Origin: Conexibacter sp.
GTDB lineage: Bacteria > Actinomycetota > Thermoleophilia > Solirubrobacterales > Solirubrobacteraceae
NCBI GenBank assembly: GCA_035572475.1
Contig: DATNAP010000045.1
Span: 22,399 to 86,398, forward strand
Length of the DNA: 64,000 nucleotides
Reading direction: 5' to 3'
Shown here piece by piece: positions 40,890-49,373 of the stretch. The position numbers were made by a program, and so were the translations under genes. Below the pieces are notes generated by a model. It saw nothing but the letters and a program-made list of their open reading frames with translations, searched no databases and was not told the DNA's origin. Positions within the stretch are counted from its first letter, which is position 1. Each line of letters begins with the position of its first letter.

Positions 40890-42647
40890 TCACTTCAGCG
40901 ACGTGTACGCGAAGTCGCAGTGGCCCTGGTTCCACAGCTCCGGGACGCAGCGCACGTTCGCCGCGAAGATGTTCGGCTGTCTGTCCCACAGCCACGGGAT
41001 CGCGGCCGCCGTCGCGGTGATCATTCTGTCGATCGTCCCCCAAGCGTTCGCGCGCTGCTGGGTGCCGACCGTCAGCTCGGCTCTCGCCATCGCTCTGTTG
41101 ATCGCGGGATCGTTGAGCTGCGGCCAGTTCGGGTTGTTCTCGGGGAAGATGTCGTTTCCGTTGAAGGCGACGTCGAGGACCGTCTGCGGGTCGGCGAAGT
41201 CGCGGATCCAGCCGACGTTCGGGCACGCCTGCACTCTCGCCTTCGGCAGCCCGCAGAAGCGCGCGTACATGACCGTGCTGTCGACGAGCTTGAGCGTCGT
41301 CTTGAAGCCGAGGTCCTGCAGCGCCTGCTGGAAGATCTGCGCGTCGTCGCTGTCGGGAGCGCCCGCGAGGCCGACGATCTGGACGGTCTGCCCGCCTGTG
41401 TACTTGCCGCTCGGGTAGCCGGCGGCCTTCATGTATCTGGCCGCGAGCGCTCTGTCGCCCTGCGGGTTGGCGAGGAAGTCGACGCCCGTCCCCTGCTGCC
41501 CGCCGGCCTGCTCGAAGCCGAGCACGCCCGGGTAGAGGAAGTGCGAGCCGCTGTCGCCGACGACCGCGCCGCCGCGCACCGTCCGCATCTGCTGGCGATC
41601 GAGCTCCGCGGCGACGGCCTTGCGCAGATCGGCGTCGTCGAACGGCGCGATCGCGGTGTTCAGCGCCGCGTAGTTCGTCCCTGCGCCGGGTGAGAAGTAG
41701 ATCTGGCTGCGGTTGTGCAGGTAGGCGCGCTTGACGAGCTCGGGCGTCGGCGAGTCGGCCAGCACGAGGCCTCTGCCGGCGAGCACCTGCCGACCGGAGA
41801 CGGTCGGCGAGCCGCCGATCTCGATCGTGATCGCGTTGAGGTAGGCCGGGCGCTTGTCGCCGCCCGCGCTCCAGCTCGGGTTGCGCACGAGTCTGACGCT
41901 GCGGCCGGGGACGTAGCCCGTGCCGAGCACTCTGCCGCCTCTGTCCGCCGCGTACATGTACGGACCGGTCGAGACGACGTTGTTGGCGTAGGTCGACGGC
42001 GCCTTCGCATCGAACGGCTTCGCGTACTCCGGCGGGACCGGCGCATCGAGCGGCAGCACGGTTGCCTGCGCCAGCAGGGAGGCGGTCGGGCGCGTGAGCT
42101 TGAAGACGATCGTGTGGTCGTCGGGCGTCTGGATGCCGGGGATCGGGCCACCTGTGGCTCTGTCCGCCCCGACGATATCTCCGTAGTAGGTGCTCGCGTA
42201 CGGGTTGGCGACGTGCGGGTTGAAGCCGCGCTCGATCGCGTACGCAACGTCTCTCGACGTCACCTCGCGGTTCACCGGCGGACCGAACCGCACGCCGCTG
42301 CGGATCTTCACCGTGAGCGTCCTGCCGTCAGGCGATATCTGCGGAGGCCCGGCGGCGAGGTCGGGCGCGATGTTCGACGGGTCGTTCGGCGCGTAGGTGT
42401 AGAGCGTGCGCTCGGTCGCGGCGAGTACGTTCAGGTCGAGGCTCGCATAGGTGATCCCCGGGTCGAGGCTCGCCATGTCCTGACTGGTGAGGACGGTGAG
42501 CGAGCCTCCACGATGGCCGCCGGCCCCATTGTCCGCCGACGCGCCCGTTCCCCCCGTGGTGGTGCTCGAACCGCACGCGCTCAGCGCGATCGCGGCGGCA
42601 ATGCAGAGCGAGACAAGGGAAAGCGCGCGGTTGGCGGATCGGCGCAT
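40890..42647 (-). CDS. Family 5 solute-binding lipoprotein (OppA/DppA)
   Basis: LSAC lipobox, SLDP, PDLA, STGPY, LVRNP, PFDD..LRKA. Confidence 0.93.
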   Translation of the reverse strand: MRRSANRALSLVSLCIAAAIALSACGSSTTTGGTGASADNGAGGHRGGSLTVLTSQDMASLDPGITYASLDLNVLAATERTLYTYAPNDPSNIAPDLAAGPPQISPDGRTLTVKIRSGVRFGPPVNREVTSRDVAYAIERGFNPHVANPYASTYYGDIVGADRATGGPIPGIQTPDDHTIVFKLTRPTASLLAQATVLPLDAPVPPEYAKPFDAKAPSTYANNVVSTGPYMYAADRGGRVLGTGYVPGRSVRLVRNPSWSAGGDKRPAYLNAITIEIGGSPTVSGRQVLAGRGLVLADSPTPELVKRAYLHNRSQIYFSPGAGTNYAALNTAIAPFDDADLRKAVAAELDRQQMRTVRGGAVVGDSGSHFLYPGVLGFEQAGGQQGTGVDFLANPQGDRALAARYMKAAGYPSGKYTGGQTVQIVGLAGAPDSDDAQIFQQALQDLGFKTTLKLVDSTVMYARFCGLPKARVQACPNVGWIRDFADPQTVLDVAFNGNDIFPENNPNWPQLNDPAINRAMARAELTVGTQQRANAWGTIDRMITATAAAIPWLWDRQPNIFAANVRCVPELWNQGHCDFAYTSLK

Positions 42648-42691
42648 AAGGGGTCCTTTCGGGAGGTGAGACGGGGGAGTCACTTCGGGGT

Positions 42692-43663
42692 TCACCGTTC
42701 AGTTCTCGGGTCGAGTGCGTCACGCAAGCCGTCACCCAGCAAGTTGAAGGCAAGCACGGTAAGCAGGAGCGCTGCGCCGGGAAAGACCATGTACCACCAC
42801 TGCGTGTCGAAGTTGTCGGCTGCATCGGCGAGCATCCAGCCCCAGCTCGCGGTCGGCGGAGCGACGCCGACGCCGAGGAACGAGAGGGCCGCCTCGAGCA
42901 AGATCGTCTGCGGGAGCAGCAGACTTGAGTAGACAATGATCGGTGCGGTGAGGTTTGGGAGGATCTCGCGCAGCACGATGCGGCGATTCGAGGCGCCCAG
43001 CGAGCGCGCCGCGACGACGAACTCGCGCTCGCGCAGCGACAGCACCTGCCCGCGCACGATCCGTGCGATCGAGGTCCAGCTGACGAGCGCGACGACCAGG
43101 ATCACGGTCCGGACGCCGGGCGTGACCGCGCCCGCGACGCACCCGTTGCCGAGCGAGCAGGCGGACGCGATGCCGATGCCGAGCAGCAGCACCGGAAACG
43201 ACAGGACGACGTCGACGAGGCGCGAGAGCAGCGTGTCGACCCAGCCGCGGTAGTAGCCGGCGAGCAGGCCGACCGTCACGCCGAGCAGCACGGCGACCCC
43301 GGTGCCGACGATCCCGACGAGCAGCGACACGCGCGCGCCGTAGACGGTGCGCGAGAAGACGTCGCGCCCGAGCGGGTCGACGCCGAAGATGTGACCCGAG
43401 CTGGGCCCGAGCGGCGTGCCGAACGCATCGACCGCGCTGCGGTCCTGCACGTTCGGGCCGGGCGCGCCGGCGAGCTTGACGACGAGCGGCGCGAAGATCG
43501 CGATCAGCACGAGCGCGACGATCGTCCCGAGCGCCGCGAGCGCGACCTTGTCCGCGCGCAGGCGAGCCCGGAAGAGCTGCCACGGCGAGCGCGGAAGCGC
43601 GGTCTCGAAGGCGCGCTCGACCCGGTCCTCCTGCGCGAGCAGGCCCGGCGCTCCGACGCTCAT
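42692..43663 (-). CDS. Oligopeptide ABC permease (OppC/DppC)
   Basis: FGVD.LGRDVFSR..YGARVSL, EFVVAARSLGA, EAALSFLG. Confidence 0.93.
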   Translation of the reverse strand: MSVGAPGLLAQEDRVERAFETALPRSPWQLFRARLRADKVALAALGTIVALVLIAIFAPLVVKLAGAPGPNVQDRSAVDAFGTPLGPSSGHIFGVDPLGRDVFSRTVYGARVSLLVGIVGTGVAVLLGVTVGLLAGYYRGWVDTLLSRLVDVVLSFPVLLLGIGIASACSLGNGCVAGAVTPGVRTVILVVALVSWTSIARIVRGQVLSLREREFVVAARSLGASNRRIVLREILPNLTAPIIVYSSLLLPQTILLEAALSFLGVGVAPPTASWGWMLADAADNFDTQWWYMVFPGAALLLTVLAFNLLGDGLRDALDPRTER

Positions 43664-43840
43664 CGGCCCTCCAGGCGCAGCGTGGTTCGTTCCCGCGTCA
43701 TCTCGTCATGCTCGTTTCGCCTGCCGAGACGAGTTCGTGCGCGCCACCGCAACTCCTGTCTTGACAGTGAATGCGTAACAGAAACGCAGGTGTACGCAGA
43801 CACCTGAGACCTAGTTGGCCAGCCAGCCAGGAACGGAGGC

Positions 43841-43885
43841 AAAAAAAGGTGGGATTCGTGACAGAGGTGCGGCCCTGTCATCCAC
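43841..43885 (-). terminator. Terminator-like hairpin with U7 upstream of the opp operon
   Basis: Minus strand gtggatgacaggg...cctctgtcacgaatcccac then ttttttt. Confidence 0.5.
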
Positions 43886-43991
43886 GGTGCGGCGAGCAGG
43901 TCTCGGACGATGGGGCGGCACAGCGCGCGGAAGCGAGCGGCAATGTACCCCGGTCCGCTGTCGCGAGTGCTCACTAAGTTCGGGAAGAACC

Positions 43992-44028
43992 AAAAAAGGC
44001 TCGGATCCCGTCGCCGGGGTCCGAGCCT
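43992..44028 (-). terminator. Intrinsic terminator after the Cys-ladder gene
   Basis: aggctcggacccc-ggcgac-gggatccgagcc-tttttt. Confidence 0.8.
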
Positions 44029-44102
44029 CGCCCTTAGAGGTTCTTAGACACAAGCACACGTCTCCGCGCCATCAGGCCCGGGACCGCTCGCTCTGGCAGG
44101 GA

Positions 44103-45224
44103 CTAATCGTCGTCAAGTTCGCTGCATCCCTTGACGCAGTCGAGGTAATACCGGTGGGCCGTGTTGGTGCAGTCCTTGTGCTCCTCATCGCACGCTTTCC
44201 GGTCGTCGTCGTCAGCGGCGAACTCCGTGCACACGTCCCAGGCTCTCATGCACTCGTCCTCGTCATACGACCACGCGTTGCTGCACGTCTCTTCGCAATC
44301 GGATCGCGCTCCGTTGACCGGGCTCGTCTGGTGGCCAGGGAAGCGGATCGGCTGATCCGATGGCGATCCCGGCAGGGTCACATGCTCAAGGCCGACGATC
44401 CCCCCAATGAGGAGCTCGAGCGCGTGCCGGGTGTCGCGCACGATCATGGGGTTGCGCGTCTGGGTCGACAATGGGCCGCCGCCAGCGTGAAACAGCGAGA
44501 CCACGCGCGCTTGCTGCAAGGCGTAGCCCTGGTCGGTCATGAGACGGCGCGCGGCCACCCTGTTGGCGCGCAGCGCTGCCCCACTGCCATGCGGGAGGTA
44601 GAACCACACCGAGTCGTCGGCAACGAGGTATCCGTAGGGTCCCTGATCCACCGCCAGTGCGGACAACGCCCGATACGTGGCACCGGAAACCTGTTCCGGG
44701 TGGTAGGGAAATCGAACGACGGTCACGTCCGCCAGATCCGCTGCTTGGAGAGATCTCCTCATGCAGTCTGTGATCAGCACCTCGCGCAGCCCGTCGGTGA
44801 GGAGCCCCGATCCCGCCAGCGGAGCGCCTAGGAGCGAGAAGTACACGGGACCGCGGACCCGCACACCCTGATAGGAAAACGCAGTCGCGACGCTCAACTC
44901 GACAGCTTGTCCCGTCGCAAACCGGGCCTGCTCGACCTGGACATGCCATCCAGTGACACTTGCTCGGAGCCCATCGTGGATGCGCTCAATGCGGCGCGGC
45001 GCAAACAAGCCACGTCGTACAGGCACTGGAAGCAGGAATCCTCTCGCAGAATCCTGGTATTCACCCGCGCTCCGCGGCGCGGACAACCGGCGCCAGGCCG
45101 CGGTATCTCCGGGATCGATTGGGAAGCTGATGAACTCCGACTGGCCAGGCGAGTGGGCCGCCTCACGAGTCGTGGCGACACCCGCGCCGTGGCACGGCAG
45201 CCAGAACAAAGAACGCTGAATCAT
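44103..45224 (-). CDS. Orphan protein with C-terminal symmetric 8-Cys acidic domain
   Basis: 373 aa after an agaaagga RBS; atypical codon usage; downstream terminator. Confidence 0.65.
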   Translation of the reverse strand: MIQRSLFWLPCHGAGVATTREAAHSPGQSEFISFPIDPGDTAAWRRLSAPRSAGEYQDSARGFLLPVPVRRGLFAPRRIERIHDGLRASVTGWHVQVEQARFATGQAVELSVATAFSYQGVRVRGPVYFSLLGAPLAGSGLLTDGLREVLITDCMRRSLQAADLADVTVVRFPYHPEQVSGATYRALSALAVDQGPYGYLVADDSVWFYLPHGSGAALRANRVAARRLMTDQGYALQQARVVSLFHAGGGPLSTQTRNPMIVRDTRHALELLIGGIVGLEHVTLPGSPSDQPIRFPGHQTSPVNGARSDCEETCSNAWSYDEDECMRAWDVCTEFAADDDDRKACDEEHKDCTNTAHRYYLDCVKGCSELDDD

Positions 45225-45969
45225 GTGTTGAAGTCCTTTCTTGCGACAGGGCAGGAACGCCCAGCGCATCCAACGCGGCGACTTGCCACGTCAGCAAACA
45301 AAAAACGAGCTGGACACCCGTCCGGACCGCCAGCCATCAGCGGCCGGCTCAAGCCCAGAGGGCCGTCAAGCGCGACAGGTGCGGCGTGCCCGACCACGGG
45401 CCCGCACCGCTTGCTACTGCTCTGCTCGATAGGGCTCCGTGAAGTTCGTTGGACCTGCGAGGCGCCGCGCATCGCGCAGCGACCAGCACGGACGCCGTCA
45501 GGGTCCTTGATTGATCTGAAGCTGTCGGTGGTCTCCAACGAGACCGGGGCAACGAACTACGCGGAAGCGAGCCGCAGAAGAAGAAGAGAAGTAGTGCTAA
45601 TACAGACGACACGTCCGCGTCATTAATTCCCAACAGGGGCGGCGCCACACGCGCGCTCCTGCTACCTGCGGGTGCGGCCACACCGCCCACGGCAGGTCCC
45701 AACGCGGGCGGAACGGCCCGTGCGAGCGCGCCGAGCAGGACGCCTCGTCCGCGGAGCCGGGAGCCGGCTCCACCCGCAACGCAGACGCCAGGTGGCTCGG
45801 CGCGCCGCGCCTACCGGTCATCTGTCGGCTAGGGTTATGGTCACGGCCTCCCCCCTTGTGGCCAAAACCCCCACGAAACCGCGCGTATCCGAGCGCATTC
45901 ATCACCTGACCACGGCACTCGCCGGCGAGCCTGGCGACTGCTCGCGCAGAACATCGCGAATCCCCCAAA

Positions 45970-46024
45970 GCCCCGGTAGCTCAGCCGGATAGAGCGTTCC
46001 CCTCCTAAGGGCTAGGCCGCTGGT
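45970..46024 (+). tRNA. Disrupted tRNA-Arg(CCT): 5' portion only, probable ICE attachment site
   Basis: GCCCCGG-TA-GCTC-AGCCGGATA-GAGC-G-TTCCC-CTCCTAA-GGGCT-AGGCC-GCTGG-T; no TTCGA loop and no matching 3' acceptor strand. Confidence 0.75.
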
Positions 46025-46107
46025 GTGGAGGGAGTCGCGCCAGCGCCGATGCGGTCGGCGATCCGGGCGCGCGCGACGAGCGGGTCAGCGCGAGGCCGGC
46101 GGCGCTC

Positions 46108-46126
46108 CGTGGCCATTTCGTGGCCA
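46108..46126. repeat. Tandem cgtggcca direct repeat (11-bp period), candidate integrase arm-type sites
   Basis: cgtggcca-ttt-cgtggcca about 100 bp inside the att junction. Confidence 0.45.
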
Positions 46127-46425
46127 CTACCCGCAGCACGCGAGGCGCTGCGCCGGGGCCGGGCGCGGCTGACCGATGCCGCTCCAGGGGCACGACGCGG
46201 CGCCCGTGGGCGCCTCCGTCCAGCTCGCGCGGCACCCGCCCGCCCGGCCACCGCGCGACGCTCCAGGCGAGCCGACGCGCGCACAGCACGCCGGACATGC
46301 TCGACCGCGACGTGCGGCTCGCGCAGCAGCTCGCCGACGCGCAGCTCGGGTCGGGCGCGCGCAGCCGGCCGCCGGCTCGACTCGGGCGCGGGAGGGTCGC
46401 CCGAGCCGAGCGCGGGGGGGGCGCC

Positions 46426-46644
46426 TCACCGGATGACGGCGAGGCTGTGCGCGAGCGCGACGCGCTCGGCGTCTTCCCGGCTTCGACGCGACCGCACCGT
46501 CGCGTCGTAATCCTCCGGCCCGTAGTAGCAACGGATGTCCCAGCCCTCCGGCTCGTGGACGACCTCGGCCGTGCGGATGCCCAGCTCGGCGGCGTAGTAC
46601 ACGGTCGAGTACGGGCGCCGCGTGACCTCGATGTCGGCTGTCAT
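46426..46644 (-). CDS. Small hypothetical protein
   Basis: 72 aa MTADIEVTRRPYSTVYY...; continues the ICE gene string. Confidence 0.5.
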   Translation of the reverse strand: MTADIEVTRRPYSTVYYAAELGIRTAEVVHEPEGWDIRCYYGPEDYDATVRSRRSREDAERVALAHSLAVIR

Positions 46645-46655
46645 CGCTGCCGCCC

Positions 46656-46889
46656 TCATGCGCTCGCGTCCGCGTCGTCGCCGAGCAGTTGCGGAGCGTT
46701 CCAATCCAGCCACACGCGCACTACCTCGGTGCAGGCGTCCATGAATGCGACGGTCGCATGCGGATCGAGATCGCCGGTCGTGGCCTCCGGAAACGCTGCC
46801 GCGATCGGCTGCCAGAACGCAATCTCGGCGTCCGCCACGGCTGCCCTGATCCGTTGCTCTACAGAAACGTTGTCGGCCATTCGAGCCAC
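46656..46889 (-). CDS. Small hypothetical protein
   Basis: 77 aa ...AFWQPIAAAFPEATTGDLDP...; G-rich RBS directly after int. Confidence 0.55.
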   Translation of the reverse strand: MARMADNVSVEQRIRAAVADAEIAFWQPIAAAFPEATTGDLDPHATVAFMDACTEVVRVWLDWNAPQLLGDDADASA

Positions 46890-46894
46890 CCCCC

Positions 46895-48442
46895 TTACGC
46901 CGCTTGCGGCATGACCGCAAGCTCGTCGTCGTCGGCCGTGGTCTGCTCACGCACCGGAAGCTGCGCCACCAGCTCGCGGCCGGCACGGACGAGCTTGTCG
47001 AGGCTGCGCCCGTGATCGCGCTTGATCCGCTGCTTGAGCTGGTTATAGACCTCCATCGTCACCTGATGGTCCGCGTGGCCAACCTGGCTCATCACGAACT
47101 CGATGTCGTAGTTGTTGGCGACGAGCGCGCACGAGATATAGGTACGCCGGAGCGTGTGCGGCGTCGTGTGCGGCAGCGGCGGCAAGCCGCGCGCGACCAT
47201 GTACTCGCTCGCCGCGAGCGCCGCCTCGCGAACCATCCGCCGCAGCTTCCGTTGCGAGACCCGTCCGCCGCGCTCGTTCGGCACGAGGTAGGCGTCGGGA
47301 CCAGTGGGAAAGCCGAGCCGGCGCAGCATGTCGATGTGTTCCACGACCGCCTCCACCAGCTCGGGCGACATCTCGACCTTGCGAACGCCCGCCTCCGTCT
47401 TGGCGTCGGGGATGTCGAAGCGAGCGCCGTCCGGGTCGTGGACGCGCACCTGACCGATGCGCAGCTCTTGAAGCTCGCCGATGCGAACGCCGCTGCGTCC
47501 CAGGACCTCGCACACCACGCGACGGCCGAAGTACGGCCGCAGGCGAAGTCCGAGCTTCGTCAAGTGGTAGCTGACCGTCGCCTTCGAGCGACCGATCTTG
47601 GCGCCGATGATCGACGGCGAGCGCAACCCGTGTTCGACCGCGCGCACGACGAGCTGCGCGGTTCTGCCGAGCTTCATTGCTCGGACCGCCGCCAACCCCT
47701 CGGGCCGGTCCTGCTCGGCGGCAGCGTCCAGCAGGACCGCCAGCTCGTCGTTCTCCAAGAACGTACGGCGCGGCTTCGGGACGGCGAGCTTCATGCGCCG
47801 CCCTCGCGCGTTGTTCGTGACGACGTGGCCGTCCTCTCTCGCCTCATCCAAGATCGTCTGAACGATTCGGATGATGCGGCGAATCTGATCCAGCCCGAGG
47901 GGCTTCTTTCTACGTCTGCGCTCGTCGCGGATGTCCGCGCCGGCCGCGATCGCCTCCCGCAGTTCGCGCGCCTCGCGGATCAACTTCCCCTTGAAGTCCT
48001 CGCACATCTTCTTGGTGATCTCATCGAGTCGGTACGGCCCGAAGACGGGGAGGATGTGGTTTCTAAGAACACCTTCGAGCTGGCGATGCGTCTTGTCGCT
48101 GATGCCGCCCTTCTCGCTCAGCGTCCCGTCCCACTTCGCTTGCAGCCACCACGAGGCGTACTCGTGGAACGTCGGGATCTCGCTCGGCTCGTCACTCGGT
48201 TCGACGGCGAACACGGGGACGCGGGGCTTCCACACCCCGGCGCGAACACGGGCGATCTCGTTGACCAGCTCGTTCCGCGCCGTCTGCTCCGTCCAGCCAC
48301 CACCACAGCCGCAGGTGCACAACGGCCGCTCGTGGAGGATGACGCGGGCGCGCTCGCCGTTGACCGGGAAGCGCAGTTGGAACGCACTCGTGTCATCGGC
48401 CAGGACAACGATGTCGAAGGAGCCTCGAATGGGACGCGGCAT
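46895..48442 (-). CDS. int: Tyrosine recombinase/integrase with inserted wHTH
   Basis: SGVRIGEL (R), DAKT (K), HTLRRT (HxxR), VGHAD (H), TMEVY (Y); SAM-like core-binding domain. Confidence 0.93.
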   Translation of the reverse strand: MPRPIRGSFDIVVLADDTSAFQLRFPVNGERARVILHERPLCTCGCGGGWTEQTARNELVNEIARVRAGVWKPRVPVFAVEPSDEPSEIPTFHEYASWWLQAKWDGTLSEKGGISDKTHRQLEGVLRNHILPVFGPYRLDEITKKMCEDFKGKLIREARELREAIAAGADIRDERRRRKKPLGLDQIRRIIRIVQTILDEAREDGHVVTNNARGRRMKLAVPKPRRTFLENDELAVLLDAAAEQDRPEGLAAVRAMKLGRTAQLVVRAVEHGLRSPSIIGAKIGRSKATVSYHLTKLGLRLRPYFGRRVVCEVLGRSGVRIGELQELRIGQVRVHDPDGARFDIPDAKTEAGVRKVEMSPELVEAVVEHIDMLRRLGFPTGPDAYLVPNERGGRVSQRKLRRMVREAALAASEYMVARGLPPLPHTTPHTLRRTYISCALVANNYDIEFVMSQVGHADHQVTMEVYNQLKQRIKRDHGRSLDKLVRAGRELVAQLPVREQTTADDDELAVMPQAA

Positions 48443-48865
48443 TCACGCCACCCCCTCACCCTCGACGTACCCGCGAACGCCGAGCAGATCGAGCACGCCC
48501 GCGTAGTGCAGCAGCTCAACCGAGCAGTAGAGAATCGTGCGCCGCCCTGGCGGGTGAGGCTCCGTCAACACGTCGGCGTCGCCGATGATGTGGCGCTCGC
48601 GCGTGTCCTCGTCGTTCGGCAGTTGCGCGCGACTCCAAGCGGTGCGGACCTCGGCGAGCGCGGTCCGCAGAACGTCTCGGACGCTTCTCGCGGGAAGCGT
48701 GCGCCGCTTTCCGAGAATCGCGGACGCCTGCTCCGCGAAGGCGTCCAGCTCGGCGGTCGTCAGCGCCTCGATGCGCTGCGCGCCGGCCGACCACTCCGGC
48801 TCATGGCCGACCGGCGTTGCGAGCAGCCGCCGCCCAGCAGGGTTGTTACCGTGATCGTCAGGCAT
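48443..48865 (-). CDS. Hypothetical protein upstream of int
   Basis: 140 aa, overlapping or abutting both neighbours. Confidence 0.6.
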   Translation of the reverse strand: MPDDHGNNPAGRRLLATPVGHEPEWSAGAQRIEALTTAELDAFAEQASAILGKRRTLPARSVRDVLRTALAEVRTAWSRAQLPNDEDTRERHIIGDADVLTEPHPPGRRTILYCSVELLHYAGVLDLLGVRGYVEGEGVA

Positions 48866-49373
48866 CGGGGGTACCTCCCGGTGTCAGGCCGGGTGGTCGG
48901 CGTTGCTGCGCCGCCCCCGGCCGCCTATGTTCTGCGGCCGACTGTACGTGGTACGGGATCAGTCGCACAGGGGTCACGCCAGGACGGTGACGCGCGGCTG
49001 CGCGGGCGCGTCGTCTCGCGGGCGCGGGCGGCGGCGACGGCGCGGCGGCGGGCGCAAAACGGTCGGCGAGCTGCACGAGATCGAAGCGCAGCCGGCCGTG
49101 CTCGCCGTTGAGTCGGAAGCCGCCAAGCTCGCGCTTGTGGGAGTAGATCCAGTCGCGGCGTACGCCGAGCAGGTCCGCGAGCGTGGCCGCGTCGACGAAC
49201 CGCGCAGCCGGCGCCGAGCGGAGGAGCTGCGCGACCCGCTCGGCGACGAGCTCCGCAAGCTGCGCGCCGTCGTCGGCCAGCAATTCGGCGAGCTGCGCGA
49301 CCAGCTCGGCGAGCCGCGCTCGTTCGTCGGCGAGCAATTCCGCGAGCGCGAGATCGTCGGCAGCGAGCGTCAT
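48858..49373 (-). CDS. Excisionase-like HTH protein with N-terminal LAEL-repeat coiled coil
   Basis: FVDAATLADLLGVRRDWIY...GRLRFD (Xis/HTH_17-like). Confidence 0.7.
   Translation of the reverse strand: MTLAADDLALAELLADERARLAELVAQLAELLADDGAQLAELVAERVAQLLRSAPAARFVDAATLADLLGVRRDWIYSHKRELGGFRLNGEHGRLRFDLVQLADRFAPAAAPSPPPAPARRRARAAARHRPGVTPVRLIPYHVQSAAEHRRPGAAQQRRPPGLTPGGTPDA

Noticed and set aside
43890-43975. Cobalamin riboswitch upstream of opp (ccgagacctgc resembles the B12 3' motif)
   Set aside because: The core GGGAA..GGTG..AATCC and GCCACTG/GGGAAG elements are absent; the match is too weak.
43811-44059. Cys-containing leader peptide MCLCLR...
   Set aside because: The ORF runs through a strong terminator, has poor codon bias and lacks attenuator geometry.
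43926-45572. 13-bp direct repeat cgcggaagcgagc flanking the Cys-ladder gene
   Set aside because: A GC-rich 13-mer can recur by chance, and there is no other evidence of a target duplication.
45597-45968. ORF with VMNALGYARF resembling an alpha/beta-hydrolase fragment
   Set aside because: Only a ~10-residue resemblance; the rest has no coding signal.
45970-46052. Intact functional tRNA-Arg or intron-containing tRNA
   Set aside because: No TTCGA T-loop, mismatched anticodon and acceptor stems, and no group I intron features or 3' exon visible.
46005-46430. Short ORFs between the att site and the last ICE gene
   Set aside because: Low-complexity Arg/Ala/Pro translations in several frames; more likely non-coding att arm sequence.
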